From Terriglobia bacterium (lineage in GTDB: Bacteria; Acidobacteriota; Terriglobia; 2-12-FULL-54-10), in assembly GCA_963666975.2 (NCBI GenBank), contig CAXVYR010000002.1, forward strand, positions 192,001-256,000: a stretch of 64,000 nucleotides of DNA, written 5' to 3'. The position numbers and the translations under genes are program-made. The notes under the pieces were generated by a model. That model was not told the origin of the DNA. It was given only the letters and a program-made list of their open reading frames with translations, and made no database searches. Of the stretch, positions 52,312 through 63,073 are shown in pieces. Positions within the stretch are counted from its first letter, which is position 1. Every line of letters begins with the position of its first letter.

Positions 52312-53160
52312 TCAGGTGTCTTCAAGAGACATTGCCTCTCCGGAGGCGACGTCCTGCAAGAATGCTACGGCTAGTGCCGCCTCGCCCAGCGTGCAGTCAT
52401 CGGCCATCGCTGCAACCAGTCTCTCCTGACTCGGGGCGCCACACTTATTCTTGGATTTCCTGGCGACGGCGCTCTTTGTTTTTCTGCGGAAAAACGCTTT
52501 CACCACTGGAGGACCGAATCTTCGACGAAGTCGGTCCAGACTTTTCGCCTCAACTTGCCGGACACGCTCCCTAGTTACACCGAGTTCATCGCCGATCTCC
52601 TGCAACGTCTTCCTTTCCCCATCCCATAATCCATAGCGGTAAGCGACAATGGTTTGTTCTCGCTCCGGCATGAAAGAGAGCAGCCGATGGACAAAAGTCT
52701 TCGTGCTGAAAGGTAATGCGGCCACGCCTTCCTGAATCCCTCTCAGCAAGCCCAACTCTGCCTGACGCCTGCCCGAAACGTGCTCAAGAATATTTGTCTC
52801 AACGTCGGCTCTACTCTTTGGCCCAAAACCTCTCATGCGGATGAGGTTCTCCTTGGGATAATTGAGCAGTTGGCGTACAGACTTAATGTGAAGATGTGCC
52901 AGGATGTTTGCGGACTTTGTTGTCAGGTCGAGGCAATCAACAGGCGCATCGAAACCCACTTCAGCAGCTTCGGGAATGACCCACCTGCCGCGGGTTAATT
53001 TTGACTGTGACCTCAATCGGCGAGGAAGTGTTGGAGGCAGCTCTCCAGTGTGGCGAGTCTGTTTTTTCATGCTGGGCGTAGGAGGACCTTGCGCCGATCT
53101 GAGGAACTGTTTAAAAGCGCGTCGCATAATCGATAAGCCTTTTATGCCGAACCCGATCAA
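52312..53160 (-). CDS. RNAP alpha-CTD-like plus sigma70 region 4 protein (start uncertain, possibly truncated)
   Basis: LDLTTKSANILAHLHIKSVRQLL...RGFGPKS (alphaCTD/HhH); PEREQTIVAYRYGL.DGE.KTLQEIG.ELGVTRERVRQVEAKSL (sigma4). Confidence 0.75.
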   Translation of the reverse strand: MIGFGIKGLSIMRRAFKQFLRSAQGPPTPSMKKQTRHTGELPPTLPRRLRSQSKLTRGRWVIPEAAEVGFDAPVDCLDLTTKSANILAHLHIKSVRQLLNYPKENLIRMRGFGPKSRADVETNILEHVSGRRQAELGLLRGIQEGVAALPFSTKTFVHRLLSFMPEREQTIVAYRYGLWDGERKTLQEIGDELGVTRERVRQVEAKSLDRLRRRFGPPVVKAFFRRKTKSAVARKSKNKCGAPSQERLVAAMADDCTLGEAALAVAFLQDVASGEAMSLEDT

Positions 53161-53348
53161 GCTGAGGAGTTCCCCCTTAGTTGATTGCGAAAGTTCGCCG
53201 ACGGTCCTGATAGCACATCACCTTAGCTCTAGTTTCAGGTGGAGAACTTCAGGTCCTCAATAAGCCATTGCAATGTCCTTCACTACGCATGGACAATCCC
53301 AAGGGCGTGCAGCACTGCCCCCATCTTCAGAACGGCCTCATAAAAGAA

Positions 53349-55232
53349 TTACCATTGCGAGGCAGGGCCTCCAAGTTCTATCTGGGCTCCAGTGGGTTGC
53401 ATTCCCCACTCCCGCGCTAGGGAGGGAACCAGATGTACCGGTTTGCCGCCCACCATCGTCATCAGGACCCGGATCGTCAGAATATCATCCACAGGGATCG
53501 TCAAGTAATCTTTGTTCAGAACCACCAAGTCCGCAAACTTGCCCGGCTCCAGGGAACCGAGGACATCTTCTTTCAGGGTTCCATAGGCTGCAAAGAGAGT
53601 TGCCGACTTGAGCATCGCCTCGCGACTGATGGCCTGCGCGGGAGCACCTAAATTTCCATCCCAATCCTTCCGCGTAATGGCGCCATAGAGAACGTGCATG
53701 TAGGTCAAGTTGGTGTATTCGCTGAGGGGCCGGTCAATTTCTACGCTATTCATGACTCCGGCATCATACAGGGCTTTCCGAGGCACCATATTCATCGCAC
53801 CACGCTCGCCGTAGTCGCGGAGAGTTCGTGTTACACGTCCTTCCCAGACGACGATGTCCCAACCGCTGGTCATCATCCCTAAGTTTTTGAAGCGCGGAAT
53901 CTGGTCCGGGCGGGGATACATACTCATATGTTCGGTGACATGGCGTTTGGACCGGATCTCGTCCAGCGTCATGCCAGCGTCTCTACCGGCTTTCTCTATG
54001 ATGTCCAGCACCATATCTATTTCCACATCCCCCGTCATATGGTCACCGGCTAATCGTCCTCCTGCCTTGAGGTATTCGTAAAGAGCACGAGAAATGTTTT
54101 CCTGGGAATATCCAGGATTCGCACAATTCCTTTCTTTCCGAGCAGTTGCCTCTGGGGTAAGCGGATCCAGCTGGGTGCACCCTCCTCCCTGGTGGGCGGT
54201 CATCCCTGTATTCCAGAGGTAATCGGAACCCTTGCCGACCATGGAGGCCACCGCGTTCACAAAATAGGGGTCTTGGAAGAAGTCGTTGCGCTCCGGCCAG
54301 AACCAGCCCCAACCAAGCCGCATCGCCATCTCTCCCTCTTTGTCCAGGCTATTGAAGGCTCGAATGGCTCCACCCGTATAGAGTGAAGTCGCATTTAGGG
54401 TAATCCCAAGGGCTGATGTCCAGGACAACCCGAGCCGGTAGATCTCGCGCAGTACCTCGGGTGGGTAAAGGATGTCTTGCTCCACCTCCCGATAGCAAAC
54501 GGCGCATGTGCCGGTCTCCTCTCCACTCTCTCCTGAATAGGAACCTATTGGGCTAATCAGGAACTTGTCCCATTGATCCCCGTACCCGTTCTTTACGGCC
54601 TCAATTCCTTTTTGGTTCAACACCAAGCCCGTAAAACCCCCTCGAATGAGCACTGGATTGTTGGGAGCCGCCACGTCCAGCATATTTTTATTAATTTGCC
54701 TGCCCAACATGGGCGAGATCTCATTCCCCCATCGGTAGTCTGGACCGTATAACAAACTGATCCGAATCCATTGGCCGGGTTTGGCCTTCTGCACCGCCTC
54801 ATCCAAAACTCGAGGGAATTGTTGCATCACTTGATCGGGGGGCACATTCAAAAACCGCTCAATGTGCATGTCGTCGCTGACCACCTTCTTCATGACCGTC
54901 GGATTCAGCGGATTCCAGTCTTGCGGATGATCGTGCGTGGCTCCAAAACCGGGGGTTACCGTTCGCCCCTCCAAATCATACGATTTCGTGTTGGGGCCTG
55001 CCAGCCGGCGAACTTGGTCATTGCTCCCCACCGCCGCAATCTTCCCTTCCCGGATCGCGATCGCCTGAGCTATCGTGCCAAGATTTGCATTGACTCCGTG
55101 GTTGTTCACCGTGACAACCTTGCCGTTGTAAAGAATCGTGTCCGGGGCCGTCTGCTGGGCCCACAACGGCCCTCCACTCACCCCCAACACCCACACCACG
55201 ATCAGCAATTGCCGAAAGATCTCTTTCCTCAT
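53349..55232 (-). CDS. secreted amidohydrolase-family protein (paralog of 49665-51533)
   Basis: Signal peptide, HDH, HMTGD, GSLEPGKFADLVVL; nearly identical C-terminus HLVPSLAR.WGMQP.G.Q.ELGGPA.QW. Confidence 0.9.
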   Translation of the reverse strand: MRKEIFRQLLIVVWVLGVSGGPLWAQQTAPDTILYNGKVVTVNNHGVNANLGTIAQAIAIREGKIAAVGSNDQVRRLAGPNTKSYDLEGRTVTPGFGATHDHPQDWNPLNPTVMKKVVSDDMHIERFLNVPPDQVMQQFPRVLDEAVQKAKPGQWIRISLLYGPDYRWGNEISPMLGRQINKNMLDVAAPNNPVLIRGGFTGLVLNQKGIEAVKNGYGDQWDKFLISPIGSYSGESGEETGTCAVCYREVEQDILYPPEVLREIYRLGLSWTSALGITLNATSLYTGGAIRAFNSLDKEGEMAMRLGWGWFWPERNDFFQDPYFVNAVASMVGKGSDYLWNTGMTAHQGGGCTQLDPLTPEATARKERNCANPGYSQENISRALYEYLKAGGRLAGDHMTGDVEIDMVLDIIEKAGRDAGMTLDEIRSKRHVTEHMSMYPRPDQIPRFKNLGMMTSGWDIVVWEGRVTRTLRDYGERGAMNMVPRKALYDAGVMNSVEIDRPLSEYTNLTYMHVLYGAITRKDWDGNLGAPAQAISREAMLKSATLFAAYGTLKEDVLGSLEPGKFADLVVLNKDYLTIPVDDILTIRVLMTMVGGKPVHLVPSLAREWGMQPTGAQIELGGPASQW

Positions 55233-55328
55233 TTTTTATCTCCCCTCAAGGTTGTAATTTTCGAAAGCGCAATTTGTAACTCTCGCAAAGAATCCGGCCC
55301 AGCCAGCCCGGCAGGACCAGTGACAGAG

Positions 55329-55430
55329 TCAAAGTGGATCTTCAACCCGAACTGCGTCTTGTCGCGTCTTGGTGACGGTTGTGCAAGATCAGTCTTGCAG
55401 CGGGATTAAATGCCCCTTCAGCCGCGCTTT
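55329..55430 (-). pseudogene. degenerate 3' end of a second TonB-dependent receptor gene
   Basis: Frameshifted NPAARLI..TVTKTRQ/QFGLKIHF; 18 nt identical to the 3' end of the adjacent TBDR (55337-55354 = 55516-55533). Confidence 0.65.
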
Positions 55431-55506
55431 AGATTGTTTTTGTCCCAACCAAAAGATTGGGCAAAGATGTGGAAACCACACCTTTGCCCAGAAAAGCGCA
55501 AGCAAA

Positions 55507-58500
55507 TCAGAAGTTGATCTTCAACCCGAACTGGATCTGCCGCTCCGAATTGACAGTATCCGTGATCCGCCCCGCAGCGCTATTGATCGAGCGTGTCGCT
55601 GATGTGAAGATGGTGTCTTCGGGACTGGCAAAGTTGGGATGGTTGAACAGGTTGAAGAGCTCCGCCCGGAATTCCACGCCGCGCTGCTCGCCCAAGGAGA
55701 ACTTCTTCTTCAACGCAAAGTCGAAGTTATTGAATCCCGGCCCGATGATCGTGTTCCTCGCCAGGTTGCCATAGAATCCAGTCTCCTGGCGTTCAAAGAC
55801 TGAAGGGTCATAGTACTTGTCGGGACCTCCCAAAACCGGGTTATTGTCGGCTCCCGGTTTGAGATCCGGGCGGATGTTCCGACGAATCGCGCCACTGTCG
55901 GCTGCGTTGTAACCCAGGGTTGCGCTAAGCGGGTTGCCGGTTTGCAGCTTCAGGATTCCATTCATTTGCCAACCGTTTATCAACGCTCTCGCGGCCGCGT
56001 TGTCGAAATCCCCCGTGGGAAACTCGTAAGTGTAAGTGAAAATAAAGTTGTGTCTTGAGTCAAAGTCAGATAAGCCTCGATCGCCCTTGTGGTCATCCGG
56101 GTTCTGAGTCCCTCCAGTGCCACCTGCGTTACCTATCCCATCCCATCGATCAACACCCTCATCAACCGTCCTGGACCAGGTATAAGCGACCCCCATTTGC
56201 ATTCCCTGGCTGAAGCGACGGGCCACCTTCACCTGCAAAGAGTTGTAGAACGATTGCGCCCAGCTCGATTGACGAGAATCCCAAAGAGTGTTGGGATTTC
56301 GAATGCTCCGGGCACCGTCGGGACAGTTTGGATTCACGGGCTTTCCGGGACTGGTATTGTGGCACACGCGGCCATCCGCAAGGATCGTGGGAAACTTCGT
56401 GTTGGCGGTTCGATTCATCAGTAAGTCATTTCCCTTGGATCCGGCGTAAGCCAGCGATACCGATGTTCCGGCCATGAGCTCCCGCTGAATGGCCAAGTTG
56501 TACTGCAGCAGGTAGGGGTGGTCCATGTCAAAATCGAATGTTTGAACTCCCAGCTTCGTAAGAGCAGGATCGACCGTCCTAAAGACTCCCAGGAAGGGTG
56601 GGTCTCGCAAGTCCACAAGGGTGTAAATGGGAGGCTGGCGAACCGACGGGATGAACCAGATGTTGGAAAGCAGATGCTGCCGGAACATCCCGAATCCCCC
56701 TCGGATAGCGGTCCTGCCGTCCCCTGCCAAATCCCAGGCAAAGCCCACGCGCGGCTGGAAGTTTTTCCACTGGTCGGCGTTCTTAAAGTACGGTCCGGGG
56801 GTGGGCTCTAGATCCAGCACATCCGCGAAGTTTGTCAATCGGTCATGATTTTCTGTCGGAACCGTGGAGTGTTCAAATCGCAGTCCCGCGTTTAAGGTGA
56901 AGTTCGGTGTGACTTGCCAACTATCCTCCAGGTAGACACTCGCCATCCACTGGCGCAGACTGCGCACCGCGGAAGAACCCGGCTGGGCGCCTGTATAATT
57001 GTCCGGTTCCGCTCTGAAAAACCTCTCCAGCGAAGGAAAGCGGTAGCTTCCTCCCAGTCGCTGGGGTGCGGTGATATTGGTCTGAAATCGCTTGACGACC
57101 ACTCCAAATTTTAGCTGGTGCGCCCCACGACTGCTACTTACGTCGTCCTGGTAATGGAAGTTGTTCACTGTGTAATGCTTCGGGTTAGAGCTCCGACCCC
57201 CAATCCCCGTAATTAAACCGCGAGTGAAATCGACGGTGGAAAACGGGCCAAACGGGACTCCGGGGACAAAGTCAAACCGGGACGGGAGCGGCTCCCAAAG
57301 CGCTTCGGTATTATTAAAGGAGTCACTGCGGGTGAACCCGAACCGGGCGGTATTGATCAAGGTGGGCGAAACGATGTGGTTCCACTCTAACGTAGCATAC
57401 TGCCATCGAATCCTTCCACTGGTTTCGGCAACGTTAATCCCACTGTTAGGCCCACTCCTGGTGGAGTGGTCGAAGGTGTAGCGGCCAAAAACATTATCGT
57501 TATCCGAGAAGCGGTGGTCCAGCCGCGTCATCCAATAAGCTAGATTGATCGGCTGGCTGAAAGGCGTGACAAACTCTGCCATGCCGTCTCCAAAATTTTT
57601 CGCGGTATTCGCCCGCGGCGCAATGGCGATGAAAGGCGCGATATCCGGATGGATCTCGATAGGGTCACGACCCGGAAGGATTCCCTGCCGGGCGTTGTCG
57701 TCCAGGACTCGTCCGGTGCTGACTTGGGCTTTCCGCTCCCTTATGAATTCCATCGTCCCAAAATAGAACGTCCTGTCTTGTTTAATGGGTCCCCCCAACG
57801 AAAACCCGAACTGGTTGCGCTTGAACCCGGGCTTTTCCTGGTTGGAGGAATTGAGAAAGAAGTCATTGGCATCGAACGAGCTGTTGCGGAGAAATTCAAA
57901 GGCCGTGCCGTGCATTTCATTGGTGCCCGACCGCGAAACCGCATTCATGACCGCACCGCCCTGACTGCTGTACGAGGCGCTGTAGCCACTGGTCAAGAGC
58001 GAAAACTCTCGAATGGCTTCGATGCCCACGGCACCCCCTTCTATCGTTCCGGGGGTCTGCCGGTGAACGTCCGCGACCTCCGTGCCGTCCACCAGAAACA
58101 CATTGCTGCTCACCCGGGCCCCACCGACGGAAATTCTTCTTCCAGTACCGGTGTTAATCGAACCCCCGCCTCCTCCTGCTCTCTTCACCTCCGACGTTCC
58201 CACCTGCAAGGCGATGAGCTGAGTATAATCGCGGCCATTTAAGGGCAAATCGCGAATCTGGCGATCGTCTACCAGGGAAGCTAGGGAAGAGGTCGTGGTC
58301 TCCACCACGGGCGCTTCCTCGGTGATGGTCACACTTTCCGTGACCGCCCCTACACTGAGCGGAATATTGACGTTCACTTCCAGGCCCACCGTTAACTGAA
58401 TGCCAGCGCGAACCGCCGTTTGAAATCCCGGCGTTCCCGCTCTCACTTCATACGTTCCTACCTGCAGTTGCCGCAGGTGATAGACACCTCTCGCATCGGT

Positions 58501-58827
58501 CTCTACCGTGCGGGTAGCTCCCGTGTTCACGTTGGTACTGGTCACGGATGCTCCCGGTATGACCGCCCCGGTGTCATCAGTCACGGTGCCGGAAATCGTT
58601 GCGGTGGTAACTTGCGCATACCCGTTGGCGAGGAAAAGCGCCACGGCAAGAAATAACGAAATCAGGATGAAATTAACGGACTTCTTGAAACGCATGGGCT
58701 GCCACCTTCGACGCCGCCCGGTGGCGGTCTCTACAGTTCCAGAGGTCGTCCCCGCCTTAGTCAGAGCAACCTCCCTACCAAGAAGCAGACGCACTAATAG
58801 TGTCCCAAAGAATCCCTTCCGCTGCAT
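55507..58827 (-). CDS. TonB-dependent receptor with carboxypeptidase-regulatory-like N-domain
   Basis: GTVTDDTGAVIPGA, LPLNGRDY, RSGTNEMHG, RQIQFGLKINF; AGGAGG RBS. Confidence 0.93.
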   Translation of the reverse strand: MQRKGFFGTLLVRLLLGREVALTKAGTTSGTVETATGRRRRWQPMRFKKSVNFILISLFLAVALFLANGYAQVTTATISGTVTDDTGAVIPGASVTSTNVNTGATRTVETDARGVYHLRQLQVGTYEVRAGTPGFQTAVRAGIQLTVGLEVNVNIPLSVGAVTESVTITEEAPVVETTTSSLASLVDDRQIRDLPLNGRDYTQLIALQVGTSEVKRAGGGGGSINTGTGRRISVGGARVSSNVFLVDGTEVADVHRQTPGTIEGGAVGIEAIREFSLLTSGYSASYSSQGGAVMNAVSRSGTNEMHGTAFEFLRNSSFDANDFFLNSSNQEKPGFKRNQFGFSLGGPIKQDRTFYFGTMEFIRERKAQVSTGRVLDDNARQGILPGRDPIEIHPDIAPFIAIAPRANTAKNFGDGMAEFVTPFSQPINLAYWMTRLDHRFSDNDNVFGRYTFDHSTRSGPNSGINVAETSGRIRWQYATLEWNHIVSPTLINTARFGFTRSDSFNNTEALWEPLPSRFDFVPGVPFGPFSTVDFTRGLITGIGGRSSNPKHYTVNNFHYQDDVSSSRGAHQLKFGVVVKRFQTNITAPQRLGGSYRFPSLERFFRAEPDNYTGAQPGSSAVRSLRQWMASVYLEDSWQVTPNFTLNAGLRFEHSTVPTENHDRLTNFADVLDLEPTPGPYFKNADQWKNFQPRVGFAWDLAGDGRTAIRGGFGMFRQHLLSNIWFIPSVRQPPIYTLVDLRDPPFLGVFRTVDPALTKLGVQTFDFDMDHPYLLQYNLAIQRELMAGTSVSLAYAGSKGNDLLMNRTANTKFPTILADGRVCHNTSPGKPVNPNCPDGARSIRNPNTLWDSRQSSWAQSFYNSLQVKVARRFSQGMQMGVAYTWSRTVDEGVDRWDGIGNAGGTGGTQNPDDHKGDRGLSDFDSRHNFIFTYTYEFPTGDFDNAAARALINGWQMNGILKLQTGNPLSATLGYNAADSGAIRRNIRPDLKPGADNNPVLGGPDKYYDPSVFERQETGFYGNLARNTIIGPGFNNFDFALKKKFSLGEQRGVEFRAELFNLFNHPNFASPEDTIFTSATRSINSAAGRITDTVNSERQIQFGLKINF

Positions 58828-59171
58828 GAGAAGCCTCCTTTTTTCAGTAGCGCATCGTTCGAGCGAAAAAAACCACCCTCAACTTGCCTCGAAGAAACGA
58901 CGCAGTTTCAATCCGCTTGCGAAAACCGGCTTAAATCAGAAAATTACTACACTCAGCCCAAAAAGGGGTGCGTCACTCTGGTTTGGTGAGAACGAACAGG
59001 GATTCTTGCAATGAGTAAAGGAACAGGAGGCTTTTGAAGATCCGCTGGATTTCCCGCGCATCATGATTGGTTACCACCGAGCCAACAGTTTCAGGTCTTA
59101 CGCCACATTTACCCCTTTTGTAACTCTTCTACGCCTGCCCTCCCCATCCTGTCAAGCTTTTTTTCCGGAAT

Positions 59172-60563
59172 TGTCGTTAGCACATGATATGTCCGGTGGA
59201 AATAGCAAGTGAAGTGTCCGCTTTGAAGGCGGTCTGGGGTAAGACCATCTATCCAGGAGGTGGAGATGGAGTCATACCCGAGGGCCGCCGTGGAGCGGGC
59301 AATGAAGATACAAGAAGTAATCTTGCGAGCGATAGGGAAGCGGATCAACTGGTGGCAGGCAGCCGAGATCATCGGGATCAGCGACCGGCAGATGCGGCGG
59401 TGGAGCAGCCGGTACGAGCAGTACGGCTACGACGGGCTGTTTGACCGGCGGCGGGGAAAGCCGAGCCCGCGGCGGGTACCCCTGAGGACGGTGGAGAAGG
59501 TGCTGGGGCTGTATCAAGAGAAGTACTTTGACTTCAACGTGCGGCACTTTCACGAGAAGCTGCGGGAGGAGCACGGCCTCCGGCTGAGCTATACGTGGGT
59601 GAAGCTGGCGTTGCAGGGGGCGGGGTTGGTAAACAAGAGGCGGAAGCGGGGCGTGCACCGCCAGCGGCGGCCCCGGCGGCCGTTGCCGGGGATGCTGCTG
59701 CATCTGGATGGGAGCCAGCATCGGTGGTTTGTCGATGATCGCTGGTATGACCTGCTGGTGGTTCCGGATGATGCCAGCAGCGAGATTTACTATGCGCAAC
59801 TGGTGGAGCAGGAATCGACGCGGACGGTGCTGGCTGCCCTGCGGGAGGTGGTCGAGCAACAGGGGGTCTTTTGCGCCCTTTATAGCGACCGGGCCAGTCA
59901 TTTCTTCCTGACCCGAAAGGCGGGTGATCTGGTCGATCGGCAAGCCGACCCAGGTGGGCCGTGCACTGCGGGAGCTGGGCATTCAGATGATTCCGGCCTA
60001 CTCGCCGCAGGCGCGAGGACGTGGCGAGCGGAATTTCGGGACTTGGCAAGGGCGGCTACCACAAGAGTTGCGCCTGCGGGAGATTACTACGGTCGAGGCA
60101 GCGAATGGGTTCCTGCGGGAGGGCTATATCGGGGAGTTCAATCGGCGCTTTGCCGTGCCGACCGCCCAACCGGGCAGCGCCTTTTTGCCGCCAGCCAGAC
60201 GGGAGTTAGACCGCATCTTCTCGATCCAGCACGAACGGGTAGTGAATCGGGACAATACGGTCAGTCTGGAGAACCGCCTCCTCCAGATCGAGAAAACTCC
60301 CTGGCGCGGGACTCTGGCGGGCTGCCGTGTGACCGTCTATGAACACCTGGATGGGACGTTGAGCATTGGCTATGGACCGCATACGGTGGGTCGCTACTCC
60401 TCCGAGGGGGTGGCGATCCGGTGCGGTGGCCGGCGGCGGAGCCCCGTGGCTTCCCGACGACACCATTCGGCGCTCACCTCAGTCGCCCTACGGGCTCCTT
60501 CGGTCAGCGCCAAACCGCTTTCGGCCGAATCATGAAACCGGACATTTTAACTTGCTAACAACA
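59172..60563 (+). mobile_element. IS1202/ISNCY-like element; transposase 59260-60535 frameshifted near 59940
   Basis: TIRs tgtcgttagcacatgatatgtccgg / rc tgttgttagcaagttaaaatgtccgg; internal repeat tagcaagtgaagtgtccg; LHLDGS.H.W, YSDRAS.F, AYSPQARGRGER. Confidence 0.88.
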
Positions 60564-61283
60564 CTTTACCCAGAGTTTTATCTCTTCAACGGCATCCTTT
60601 TCAGCCCACGGTGATATGAAGACGTCGGTAATCAGGGAGCGCAGGTCAATGCGCCTTCGTTTACACTCCGGTACCCATGAATAGCGAGGATTGAGATCAA
60701 GCGGCACGGCGTGGGGAAAATCATTCAAGTCAATATTCCGATTACCACCCGCCAATGGATCGATAGCAGTTAACCACGCCCGAACCTCGCAGTCTTGGGA
60801 ATATTGAATTTGCTTGGTCGTGATGAATTCTAAGGCGTTGAAGGTGTTTGCCAGATAGTCGGTGCCATACCGCACTAAACCCACGTGAGCCTCATCCAGC
60901 AATCCGTCCAGGGCTGACTTCAGCAGTCCATAGCGTGAACAAACGGCTACTCCGTCATGGCCGTATTGTTCCCACATATCGAGTGTTTCTTGACGGTAGA
61001 GCTGCCAGCAACTGATGTAATAGGACTCGCGATTCTGGGCAAGAGAACCAAGGTGATTATTGAGGCTCACACGGTCGTTGATGTCATACGGGTCCAAACC
61101 AAGAACCCGCCTTGCATATTGCTCAGGGGGTAAACCTTCACTCTTATCGGAGAACAAGTCAGCTCGCCGGAAGTAGAGTTCCTCACTCACCATTAAATCG
61201 CGGAACTTGCGAAGATCCATGAAGCGGCAAATCATAGCGTATTCGTTCGGTTCTACGCGGTTGACGTATGGCACAATAGGCAT
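60564..61283 (-). pseudogene. DUF2971-like protein truncated at the 3' end by the IS
   Basis: RFMDL.KF..L....LYF.R.D.F.D..EG, YISCW....E..DMW..Y, K...Y..D.EVR, LITDVFISP. Confidence 0.65.
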
Positions 61284-61662
61284 TCTCTTCTCTTGTACTC
61301 CGTCCCCGCGCCGTTCGCAAGAGATCCTAACGCAGACAAGGCGAGCCTCGAACGGACTGTGGCTGCGGGATGTGACTGGCAGTGACCTCTAGAGGCCCTC
61401 GGGGACCAGCCGTTCACCTGGACGAAAAATGCCCTACCCGTAAAAGTGTTCGTCGTTGTCCCGAAGGCCCTTTGTGGGAAGTGTGGTTGGTATACGCAGG
61501 GCTCTCGAACGACAGGTCCTCGGTAACGCCCATGTGTTTAGCGATCTTGCCCTACTGGACATAAAGTCGGCAAACTGGAAACTGACCCACTATCGAACCG
61601 TGCAACCGTATTCCGTTTCGCCCTGCCGTGCTTTAGACCGTTTTTATGGATTGTGTATCCCG

Positions 61663-61750
61663 TCCGAGCCGCGACCGTGAGGGAGCGTCCACCCAACGCG
61701 GTTCGGCCAACCAAAATGTTGTGGTCGCTCCTTTACAGTCGCGGCTCGGA
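61663..61750. repeat. REP-like palindromic element
   Basis: tccgagccgcgaccgtgagggagcg ... cgctcctttacagtcgcggctcgga. Confidence 0.75.
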
Positions 61751-61853
61751 TTTTTGGACTTTGCATATCTACACCATTTGTGAAAATGATTTAGAATAAC
61801 AATAGCGGTTCCGGGGTAAAGGAAATCCCGGCGCCAAGGAGGATTTGGCGGCC

Positions 61854-62546
61854 ATGATTTTTGACCCGATGTATTTTCTATTTCTGGCGCCCGGATTTGC
61901 GTTGTCGCTGTGGGCCAGTTTCCGGGTAAAAAGAGCCTTCAAGAAGTATTCCAAGGTCCCCTCTGCGCGAGGGATGACCGGGGCCGAGGCGGCTGCGGAG
62001 TTGTTGCGAGGAGCCGGTATCACCGGCGTGCGGATCGTGCCCACGCACGGGATGCTCTCGGACCACTACAACCCCATCAACAAGACGCTGGCGCTGTCGG
62101 AAAACGTCTATCGCACGAACTCGATAGCCGCCATCGGCGTGGCCACCCACGAAGCGGGGCACGCCATCCAGCACGCGCAAAACTACGCCCCTCTATGGGC
62201 GAGGTCCCTGCTGGTGCCGACAGCCAATATCGGATCGGGCCTGGGCTACATTGTGATGGTTCTGGGACTACTGTTCTCTTCCACGAACATGGTCCTGGTG
62301 GGAGCGGTTTTGTTCTCCGCCGTTCTGCTGTTTCAGATCGTCACGCTGCCGGTGGAATTCGACGCCTCCAGCCGCGCCAAGGCATTGGTGGTGGAGCAGG
62401 GCATCATCACCCAGCAGGAACGGGAAGGAGTAGACAAGGTCCTGAATGCGGCGGCCATGACCTATGTGGCGGCGGCGATCAGTACGCTGCTGACCTTGGT
62501 CTATTTCCTGCTGCGGGCCGGTCTGCTGGGCGGGGGTGACGACTAA
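61854..62546 (+). CDS. membrane zinc metallopeptidase (YugP-like)
   Basis: LSDHYNP, HEAGHAIQHA, TLPVEFDASSRA, VLNAAAMTYVAA. Confidence 0.92.
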   Translation: MIFDPMYFLFLAPGFALSLWASFRVKRAFKKYSKVPSARGMTGAEAAAELLRGAGITGVRIVPTHGMLSDHYNPINKTLALSENVYRTNSIAAIGVATHEAGHAIQHAQNYAPLWARSLLVPTANIGSGLGYIVMVLGLLFSSTNMVLVGAVLFSAVLLFQIVTLPVEFDASSRAKALVVEQGIITQQEREGVDKVLNAAAMTYVAAAISTLLTLVYFLLRAGLLGGGDD

Positions 62547-62654
62547 CCCGCGGTTCCCCGCCCTGCAATGCATTGGCATCTCGGGACGCCGTGTAGCGAT
62601 TACCAGCAGTCAGGAACCATGAGGTTATCTGCCAGGTTATCTGGGGGTTATCTG

Positions 62655-63047
62655 TTACCCCACTTTTTCCTTTTTTTCCTTCCGAGCCTTCCAGCTTTCA
62701 AAGAGCTTTTCCAGGCCCTTCTCCACAAGGTCGGGCATCTTCTCAAAGGTGTGGGCCACAGTCGCGCCGCGCCCCAGCATGTGCACGTTGAGTTCCCCGC
62801 CCCGAACGGCTAGGAGGGCCACTGGCCGGACGCGAATTCCTCCTCCGCCCCCTCCTCCCTCACCGGTGGCCGCTTTCTTTTCCGCTCCGCCTGATCCCCC
62901 TCCCGCGCCAACTCCCAGCGAGACACGGGAAATCGGGACGACGGTAAATTCCCCGGCGGTGAAAGGCGAGCCGACAATGGTCTCCGTATTGGCCAGAGTT
63001 TTGAGTTCTTCAATCAAATCCTTCAAAATTTCCTGTGCGGTACCCAT
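62655..63047 (-). CDS. GerW/YtfJ-family protein
   Basis: TETIVG.P, VVPISRVSLG.GAGG, GGGGGGG.RV.PVALL. Confidence 0.85.
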   Translation of the reverse strand: MGTAQEILKDLIEELKTLANTETIVGSPFTAGEFTVVPISRVSLGVGAGGGSGGAEKKAATGEGGGGGGGIRVRPVALLAVRGGELNVHMLGRGATVAHTFEKMPDLVEKGLEKLFESWKARKEKKEKVG

Positions 63048-63073
63048 GATCTCCTCCCTCCGAATGAACTACT

